Translations under genes and position numbers: made by a program
Shown here: positions 55,440-64,000 of the stretch, piece after piece
Numbering within the stretch: the first letter of the stretch is position 1
How the letters are laid out: each line of letters starts with the position of its first letter
Notes under the pieces: model-generated
Databases searched by the model: none
Told to the model about the DNA's origin: nothing
What the model saw: only the letters and a program-made list of their open reading frames with translations
Source of the DNA: Hormiphora californensis
Taxonomy: Eukaryota > Animalia > Ctenophora
NCBI GenBank assembly: GCA_020137815.1
Contig: CM035359.1
Location: 7,626,001 to 7,690,000 of the forward strand
Reading direction: 5' to 3'
DNA length: 64,000 nucleotides

Positions 55440-58400
55440 TCATTGAAGTAGTGGCGGAGTGGGTAGATCACCCTCCAGACGCTGCAATGACAAACAAACA
55501 AGCTATGACTGCTTTCGAACATTTCGAACTCACACTAGACCAGTTGGTTTGTAGGTTGGCGGGTACAAATTCATTCTCCGTGTAATCATTGTTCTCAAGG
55601 AACTGCAGCCCACTCATAGCACGAGTATAACCCATATTCAGTCTGGGGAGGTTATTAGTTTAGTGTTAATGTACTGCCATTAATCGTTATCATCATGGTT
55701 ATAAAAGCCGAGATTTTTACGTATTGGCACTTGAAATTGCCTAACAAAGTATAGTTCCGACAACGGTCAACGGGTGGAAATTAAGCCCAGAGGATAATTA
55801 AAACATGGTACTCACTCCAAAGCGATGCTAAAATGTTGGTGAGCCTTCTCGTGTTGTCGCAAGGAAAGGTAACACTCTCCTGCACTAGTATGCGCCCTGT
55901 ATGTCGAGTTGTGTTCCAAAAATGTCTTGACGTACTCTAATCCATCCTTTGCTTTTCCCTCCCTAGACGGTAATTGGTTTAGCTTGGGGGTTGGAATATA
56001 TATCTCTCTAATCACCAAACTAGACAACTCTGTTGTAATAATATGGACAAATTGAGACTCGTTGGATTTCAGGATCAATAATTACTACGGGAATTAGACA
56101 ATTACCTAATGAAGATATTACACACATTGCATACTGCTTCCTCGCAAGACGGATCAAGGGACAGCGCTTTGAGGTAGAAATCCTGGTGGGGGAGGCGTGT
56201 TTATATCTTTGAAGTTTGACTATTAGATTAGGTCTGATATGCCCTAAAAGTTGTCAAATATTGCCCCACACAGTACACAACCTCCGTATCTACCTTGGCA
56301 CGCTCCCGTAGTTTCCCATTTTCCTCTGGATATCGACTAGTAGCATGTGCAATAAGCAGGAAGGTCCTGCTTTGTCCTGGACACTGTTTCACACTCTCTT
56401 TTGCAGCTATTACCGCCTCTTTAAACCTCTCCACCTTTAACAAGGCTATCACCATACCTGGAAGGGTATAATAGAGAATAGAGATAATGATTGATAAGAC
56501 GAGAGGTGGCACTTCTGAGGGGTGATAAAACCTATAATTTTACCTTTGTGCGCCTCGAAACAGTTTGGTCGAATACTCAGTATACTCCTAAAGGTGACCA
56601 TGGAGGCTGTAGTATTGAGTCCCATAATCTCAGAACACCCTTTAGCAACCAGGGCTGGGATGTAACGGGGTGACATGTGGCAGGCCCGGTCTGACAAGGC
56701 TTGGGCAGTATGGAAATCTTCCTGGGGGGATAGAGTGGATTAGAGAAGAGTAGTACACTTCGAGAGATTAGAAACAGGCACAGGATTAGAGGATGGAAAT
56801 AGAGGGAAAGTATTTAAAATATAATGAAAGGTAGACAGGGAAACACAATAGAAGCGGAGAGCGAAAAAGAGGGAGAGTAAAAGAAGGAAAGAAAGAAAGA
56901 AGGAGAGAGAAAAGAAAACGGAAAATAGCCAACAACGGATGCCCAATGTTGCCCTAACCTTGTTCAGTAACTATTCAATTAGAACATAAAATACAGACAC
57001 TGCACCATTAGAAAATGCGTACTACTGCAGCACAGACAACCAATAACAAGTCTCCTGCTCCTTCTAAATAATGTAAATTGTAAACAAAACCCAATTCCCA
57101 ATTCCTTATTTCAGAAAGAGAGAGAAAGAGGGGAGCGTATAATAATAATAAGGGACTCACCTTGACGATAGCAAGATAACAGTGTGCAATATAACTCTCC
57201 ACACTCTCCGTCTCACTCAAACTGACACACAACTGCTCCAGTGCGGGGGTGTTGTTCTGTTGTGCTAGAAGGGAGGCGTAGGTGCCAACGTGTTCCCGAT
57301 AGGAGTGGTTCAGGATGTACGCCTGCTCAAAGGATTGACATGCCCTTCTGTACTGACCTGGGGGAGAAAGATAGATTTAACCAGTGCGAGACCTGAGTTA
57401 AGTATAAAATTTTCATACTGGTAACCTTTTATAGCAGCACAATTAATTGTAATTATATTTTACCTATAGCATAGTAGGAGGTAGCTATTTTAACATGTAG
57501 ATAGGGGCTGGGTCCATTGCAGGATAGCAGTCTCTGGAACCTCGCAATAGCCCGATTGTGCTCACTACGTGCACTGTACGCACACCCCTCGACCCAGTCC
57601 AGTAACCAGTCAAACCTGGTACCAGCCGAGTCTGTTATCAAGCTGAAATGAAATTACAGAGTGTTATAAACAAACTGGACATGGTCTCTGCCTGGGTTTA
57701 ATACACAATCTAGATTCTTCTTCACGAATTCTACCAATATATCTCACCTTGTTATCTCCTTGTTGATTTGACCAAGTTGTACCAGCCCTTCAATGGCTTC
57801 CAGTGCCAGAGGATACGTCTTCAGCACCTCCTTGTAACATGTGACTGCTGACCTTTCAATACCTAGAATACAAGGTTCAGGATTATTTGGTTGAGGTGAA
57901 TTGAATACAGGAAGACAGACAAACAGGGGTATAGAACTGAAGCAGTGCTAAAATACACACCCAGTTGCCGGTAGAGGTTTCCCAATGCCATATAGAACCT
58001 GGCTGTCCGTGATTTAGGGCTGATTGACTCTAGTGCCCCTAGAGCACTGTCATAGTCAAATATAGCCAAGTAGCACTGGTACATTAACCACCTGATAAAC
58101 ACAGAACAAAGATAGAGAGCAATAGAGAGAAACAATTAACTAAACTCCAATTAATGATAAACATAAGGACATGATGATACCTTATTTCACACTCCGTAAC
58201 TGCAGAGGCTTGTCTGTCTTTCTCGACCAGAAGTAATGCTTGGTGCAGCTTATCCTACAGTAGAGGATTTGTTAGAAAATACCAAAACAATGTTTCAAAG
58301 AATTATTAACTGAATCTCAGAAACATTACTAGCTAAATTCTTACCAGTGCTTGGTTGTATTGTTTAAGCTGGTAGAGTGCGTCTGAGAGGTAAAAAAGAG

Positions 58401-58671
58401 TGCTCGCACTCATCGTCTGCTTGTGAGGCATGATAAAACCTGGAAGAAATACTCTTTTAGTGGACATCTTTAGAGATGAGATATACAAATTCAAATGCCT
58501 ATTCAAATACCGATCGCTTTGTAAACATCACGCATTGTTCTGAGTCTAGTAAAGACTTCACCATATTCTAGAAAATGATTATTTACCTAACAACTCAGCA
58601 CTTCTGTATAGGCCGGCATCATACAAGTTCTGTACTTGATCTCGCGTAGGTTTGATACAAAGCATTGGCAT
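55440..58671 (-). CDS. ANAPC7: Anaphase-promoting complex subunit 7 (TPR protein), about 530 aa
   Basis: 13 phase-consistent exons: 58671-58587, 58439-58345, 58254-58181, 58091-57961, 57862-57748, 57642-57464, 57357-57161, 56721-56544, 56457-56294, 56182-56106, 55962-55816, 55642-55534, 55481-55440 (1593 nt). LESISPKSRTARFYMALGNLY...ERSAVTCYKEVLKTYPLALEAIEGL matches the APC7 signature. The last exon is least certain. Confidence 0.85.
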
Positions 58672-58806
58672 AGATCCTGTAGGTATCGTTCATGAATTAT
58701 ACTGTACAAACTATTATTGATGATAATATGTAATAATAATTAAGTATTAACAACTACAACACAAGTGTTACACAACAAAAAACTCCAAATTTTAGTCCGC
58801 TTTGGA

Positions 58807-58845
<39 letters not shown>

Positions 58846-59431
58846 TCGAACATTTATATCCCGCTATCATGCGTTAAATATGATAGTCCACTACTCGTAT
58901 TACTCGAACTAATAGATATAACTAAAAGAACACCGAGATTATCGTTAAGACTCTCACCGCGTCTATAGCGGCCATCTCAAAGCCAGAGTAAAGCCATAAA
59001 TAATGCTTACTATGATTAAATTGATTAAAGATAAATAATTAGAGTAAAAAGATGATTAGATAATGAAATAAGTTGATTGGTATAAAATAGATGTAAATAA
59101 AAAGGGCTAAGTGAGGGACAATGTGCATGCTAACAGTTTGAACTAAATAAAATATAAAAAGGGGGGATGGTGTGAAAATGCGGTAAAGATAAGAAGGAGT
59201 TATAGAATAAATAAGACGCCCGTAGGACTGGGTGCATGAGTCAGGTTGAGATGATACAGTTAAAAAATAAAAATAAAAAGCATAGAAAATTGATTAAAAA
59301 ATTATTAAATTGATTGATTGATTGAGATTAAAATAGTATTATGATAACATAATATAGTGTGGTGATTATGGATGATGCCTTGTCTTTGGGTCTTGCCTTT
59401 GGGTCTTGTCTTTAGATTCAGTTTAGGAGCA

Positions 59432-62400
59432 TTATGGACAGGAAGGGTTTAGAATTCTAGTTTTCGTCCTCGGTGTTCCAGGCGCCTTTTTACAATCAGG
59501 ATAGGCGATTGCGAAAAGGTAAGACTTCAACATTGTCTTGAACATTTCGAGAGATGTCGCTTCTCTTAGATTCCTGGGCAGCTTGTTCCATATCTTAGGA
59601 GCACATACACTGAAAGCCTTCTGTGTACTAAGATATTTGTGGTCATGGCGTCTTTCCAATAGGGTCAGGTCCTCATCAAGACGAACTTTTCTGGTCTTTG
59701 GTTGTCTGCGTGTAATCATTTCTGAGAGATACTCAGGCATAAGTCCATGAAGACATTTGTAGACCAAGAGGCAGATTTTGAACTCGATTCTTTGCTCAAC
59801 TGGCAAGAAGTGGAGTTTCATCCTCATCTCAGTAACACCACGTCTACCTTTTGAGCCATAGATGAATCTGGTAGCACTGTTCTGCACCTTTTGCAGTCTT
59901 TGTAGATCACGCTTTGAGAGTCCTACTAACAATGCATTACCAAAATCAAGCCTGGAATGGACAAGTGAATGAACAAGCTGAGTTTTTAGTTCCACAGAGA
60001 GTCCCTTCCTAATCCTCCACAGGTTCGCCAGCTGACTCCAACAAGACTGTATAACTCGGGATACGTGTGATGACATGGAGAGGGTTTGATCAAACCAGAT
60101 TCCCAAATTACGAGCTTCTGTGGATGGTTCAGTCGGCTGATCATCGTTCTCTTGAAGAAGGATAGACATAGGGTTCGGTGTCTTATCAGCCTTGTTGTTG
60201 ATAAAAAGCACCTCAGTTTTACCTGCATTCAGTTTCAGGTAGTTCGTCTTCATCCACCATTTAATGTGTTGCAGGCATTTTTGGACGTTCTCAAAGATAC
60301 TGTCTTGGTCCTTTCTGTTGAAGCTAACATAGAGTTGGGTATCATCAGCATACATGTGAACTTGTAGGCCATATATACCTGCAATATCCTGGAGCTCTCG
60401 AGTATACATAATAAACAAGATCGGTCCGAGGATAGACCCTTGTGGCACTCCAATATCAATTTCGATTGATGGAGAGTTCTCTTCCCCAATATTTACAGAT
60501 GTCATTCTACCTGAAAGATAGGATCGAAACCATTCCAACGCAGTCAGTTTGATGCCATAGTTAATACGTAGTTTATCTAACAGGGTGGAATGCTTGACGG
60601 TGTCAAAGGCCGCAGATAGGTCAAGCAGCAGAAGAATAACCTTTGATTTACTGTCCATAAGGAGAAGGATATCGTTGAATATCTTCAGCGTTGCTGTTTC
60701 ACAGGAATGGTACCTCCGGTATGCTGATTGCTTAGCTGGTAGGAGCTTGTTTTCCTCTAGGTATTCGATCAGCTGTATTGATACACACTTTTCAACAATT
60801 TTCGAGACAAAACTAAGGTTGCTTATTGGCCGGTAGCTGTTTAACTGTTCAGAGTCCAGATCTTTACCTTTAAACGATGGTCGAATAATGGCTTCTTTAA
60901 AGTCTTTTGGAAAAACACCTTTAGTGAGGCTATCGTTTACAATCCGAGACAGTGCAGGAATAAGCTCAGGAAGCGCCTCACTTACCATACTTGAAGGCAT
61001 TGGGTCCAGTGAACAGTGTTTCTTATTCATGTCACGGATAACTCTGACCAACTCCTCATCAGTTACTGGCCTGAACTTAGTAAGCGAAGATGTGCAAGCT
61101 GTTGGTGTAGGATGGGTGCTGGGCATCGGCACGTCTTCAGCTTCAATCTCAGAGTAAATTTTTGTTACCTTCGATTTAAAGAACTCGTTAAATCTGGTTG
61201 ATAGTGGTATAGCATCCTTGTTTGATGGTAACGTTGACGGGGTCTTTTCCTTTCCAAGCAAGCTATTGACTACTCGATTCGTGGTTTTTGGATCACCTTT
61301 AAGTCCGTCAAGTTTTTTGCTAAAGAAGGTGACTCTGGCAGTTGCGAAGTACCTTAGAATGCGAACTTACCGGTACTTTTCCAGCAGTGGAATTTCGTTG
61401 TAAGCTTCTTGGGGTCGGTCTTCTTTAATCGGGCAGATTTCCAGCGTCTCTCTGCTCCTCTCCTTTTTCGGCGAGCATGTTGGCATTCTCGTGTTCGTAT
61501 CCATTGAGGTTGGTCAGGATTCTTAATCTTCTTTTCTTCTTCAGGTGCAACATCATCCATAATTGATCGAAGAGTTGTGTTATACAACTTAACACATTTA
61601 TCTTGGTCAGTTGGTAGGATTTTAGCAAGTTTGGATGTTCGTATGAGGTCACGTAGATCCATTGGGTCAACTGCTTTGATATTCCTGCATTTTATCACCT
61701 GTTCATCTTCCTTCCTTTTTAGTGGTATACCTGCCATACATGTCACTAGATAATGGTCTGGTGCAGGAGGGACAGGATATGAATCTATGTCAGTAATTTC
61801 AATACCATCAGGAAGTCCCAGAAACATACTTGGTACCTGTTCCTCTGCCGATTCTTCAAGTCGGCTACAGAATGGGGTATTTATCAGATGAGCGGATGGA
61901 CATATTTCCTTTTCTTGGGTAAGGATCAGGTCCAGCGTCCCTCCTTTAACATGAGTCGGGCCTGTTATCTGATTTTTCCAACCAAACTGGTTCAGAAGTT
62001 CCTTGAATTTCCGGGCTTGGGGGTCCGTATCATTCTCAACATGGATGTTAAAATCTCCACATATCAGGCATCGTTCTTTTCTTTCCGCTAACTTCAGAAA
62101 CAGGTCCTCTAGTTCGTCTAAAAACATAGTAAACTGGCCTGAAGTCCCAGGACGATAAACAACAACTATTCGAGTGTTAGTGGGTTCCTTGAGCAGAACC
62201 TCCAGACATTCGAACTGTTTGAATTTGTGTGAGTATTTGCTCGTTTTTGTCCTCTTTCTGGTAATGATAGCTACACCACCTCCTCTGCCTTTGCGTGGCT
62301 GCGACACGATGTTGAAGCCTGCATCTTTGACAAGAGCACAGAGGGCACCATCATCTTTTTTCATCCACGTTTCAGTAAGAGCAAAAATTTCCAAGTCTTC

Positions 62401-62523
62401 ATCCACTGCAAGTTCCAAGACATCAATTGCTTTGTTTCTTAGAGAGAAGCAGTTGAGTAGACCAAACTTCAGCCTTTTGGACACAGTTAGTTTTTTGATA
62501 GGTACTGGAGACGGATTGGGCAA
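59432..62523 (-). pseudogene. LINE ORF2 endonuclease/reverse transcriptase, disrupted at about 61360-61420
   Basis: APE motifs LTETW, GDFNIH, LDLI, PDH in 61354-62523; RT motifs QSAYR, LDLSAAFDTV, GVPQGSILGP, YADD and L2-like SRLDFGN in 59432-61261. The two parts are in different frames, and the RT frame has a TAA at 61367-61369. Confidence 0.9.
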
Positions 62524-63665
62524 TGTGGGGCGGCGGCGTTGTGATCATGTGAACCTGCTTGAATGGATGGGTTAGATGATTTAGCACAGTTAGAACATTT
62601 GAAGCAAGATCTATCGCTCTTACTAGGGCACTCTTTTCCAATATGATTCTCAGAACACCGGAAACATGTTGGTTCACTCTCTCGACAATCAGCTGCTAAG
62701 TGTCCATAACGCTGACACTTATAACATTGCTTTACAAACACTCTCTCTTCTACATGGCAGTTATAACTGCCAACATGAATGGAACCCCTACTAAGAATCA
62801 GGTCGCCAAGGGGCTTACTGACCTTCAACCCAATAGTGGCTTCATTCACATTACGGTTATGTCTCTGAAACGAAACTACGGACATCTCTTCGCCATTTCC
62901 CATCATCTCGGCAATCATTGGGTTCAAATCAACTATCGAATCTAAAATCATTGTATCTGTCTCATCTCTATCGGTCACATGTACAGGGATAAACGATACA
63001 TCTGCTCCTCTAACAGAGAGTTTTGGTGCATGGACAAACTTCGTCACTCCAATATTCTCCGCTTTTACTTTCTCAGCTGCACTGTTCATTTCATTAGCAC
63101 TTTTGAACCAGTATTGTACAGATCCGTCACTTTGTTGTTTCCTATACTCTGTTGGGATCTTCTTGAAAATAGAGCTGGCCGTTTCGGTATCTTCTTCAGC
63201 GATTGTAAGCCTAGCTGGTGCTAGGTTCTTTTTTGCGACTTGGGAATAACTCACGTTTGGCTGTGCATCAGTAGCAGGCTTCGAATTAGGCTTCATTTGT
63301 TTGGAGATTTCTGCTGCAACCGTCACGGAAACGGTGGCCAGAATTTCATCTTGGAATTTCTTCAGGCGATCATCGAGAGTGGGCTCTAGTGCTAGGTTAC
63401 ACTGCTCTACTTCTTGGTAGCATCGGGGACACAACCAACACATTCCCCTTTTACTCACAGCTACTGTTTCGTCATCGGGATCTTCGGCTTTACATCTTAG
63501 GCACGTCACCTTCACTGCTGCATCTTGAACGGACTGGGCCATAGCTTCTTCTGTTCTCCTTGCTTCAGATCTCGTCAGCGGTCCGAGGGGGGTCATTGAG
63601 TCATGCTTCCTGAAACTCAAATTAATTTGAGTGTGCTGTGTGGGACGATCCCACGTCTGTCTCAT
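62487..63665 (-). CDS. LINE ORF1, gag-like nucleic-acid-binding protein
   Basis: N-terminal CxxC...CxxC and three C-terminal knuckles (CYKCQRYGHLAADC, CFRCSENHIGKEC, CSNC...HNAAAPHC); its end overlaps the start of the ORF2 frame. Confidence 0.88.
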   Translation of the reverse strand: MRQTWDRPTQHTQINLSFRKHDSMTPLGPLTRSEARRTEEAMAQSVQDAAVKVTCLRCKAEDPDDETVAVSKRGMCWLCPRCYQEVEQCNLALEPTLDDRLKKFQDEILATVSVTVAAEISKQMKPNSKPATDAQPNVSYSQVAKKNLAPARLTIAEEDTETASSIFKKIPTEYRKQQSDGSVQYWFKSANEMNSAAEKVKAENIGVTKFVHAPKLSVRGADVSFIPVHVTDRDETDTMILDSIVDLNPMIAEMMGNGEEMSVVSFQRHNRNVNEATIGLKVSKPLGDLILSRGSIHVGSYNCHVEERVFVKQCYKCQRYGHLAADCRESEPTCFRCSENHIGKECPSKSDRSCFKCSNCAKSSNPSIQAGSHDHNAAAPHCPIRLQYLSKN

Positions 63666-63840
63666 GACATTTAAACAAAACTATTGTATAGTTAGTTTAC
63701 ACACTTATGTCTTCTGCTTGAAAAGGCTTGCTTGAAGAGGCTTTTTGAACAAGGTAGCTGTTGGAAAATGGAAAGTGGAAACAAACAAGGAAAAAACTAA
63801 AAAAATTAGCAAAACTTTTATTTGTAGTGGAAGCTCTTAC

Positions 63841-64000
63841 GGTAATTCCCACGCCCCGTGGGAAAGTTTTTGACCGTGGGAAAGTTTTCAAAGCGTGGGA
63901 AAAGAGAGATACATACAAAAAATAAATTGTTTTTTATTAGTTATTGTATGTATCTCTCTTTTCCCACGCTTTGAAAACTTTCCCACGGTCGAAAACTTTC
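63841..64000. mobile_element. Palindromic (foldback) MITE, possibly Merlin-like, cut by the window edge
   Basis: Begins GGTAATTCCCACG with repeated CGTGGGAAA; about 63861-63918 is mirrored by 63944-64000. GGTAA fits Merlin-type termini; TSD cannot be checked. Confidence 0.6.

Larger units (their letters stand above)
58808..63835 (-). mobile_element. Near-full-length L2/CR1-group LINE
   Basis: ORF1 + ORF2 (APE-RT), about 620-bp 3' UTR and (ATT)n tail at about 58808-58845; 5' boundary approximate; no clear TSD. Confidence 0.9.

Noticed and set aside
61354-61420. Programmed ribosomal frameshift in L2 ORF2
   Set aside because: No convincing slippery heptamer plus structure, and a stop is present in the downstream frame; decay or sequencing error is simpler.

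Overview
Eukaryotic (animal) genomic DNA with short GT-AG introns, frequent CTAAC branch points and very dense (GA/TC)n microsatellites. The repeat content suggests a cydippid ctenophore (Pleurobrachia/Hormiphora-like); this is an inference from recall, not a search. Two genes are confidently identified: a multi-exon Na+/K+-ATPase alpha subunit (+, 35168-53225) and a convergent 13-exon ANAPC7 (-, 55440-58671). Hand-built spliced models include a complete 3-exon orphan gene for a 167-aa secreted protein with four-helix-cytokine-like features (+, 30022-30771; the most interesting item), the 5' part of a possible Ephexin-type RhoGEF whose DH-PH exons are not in the window, a long minus-strand gene with apparent alternative first exons, and two small plus-strand genes that may be nested in its introns. 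Mobile DNA: two RTE-clade LINE copies, a near-full-length L2/CR1-group LINE just upstream of ANAPC7, an ORF1-only retroposon inside an ATPase intron, a Tc1/mariner-type MITE nested in a G-run-terminated non-autonomous DNA transposon, the right end of a probably related coding transposon at the left edge, and a palindromic MITE at the right edge. Some stretches (about 40380-41450, 35480-35700, 24060-24340) look like low-quality consensus. All coordinates were read by hand; no database searches were run.
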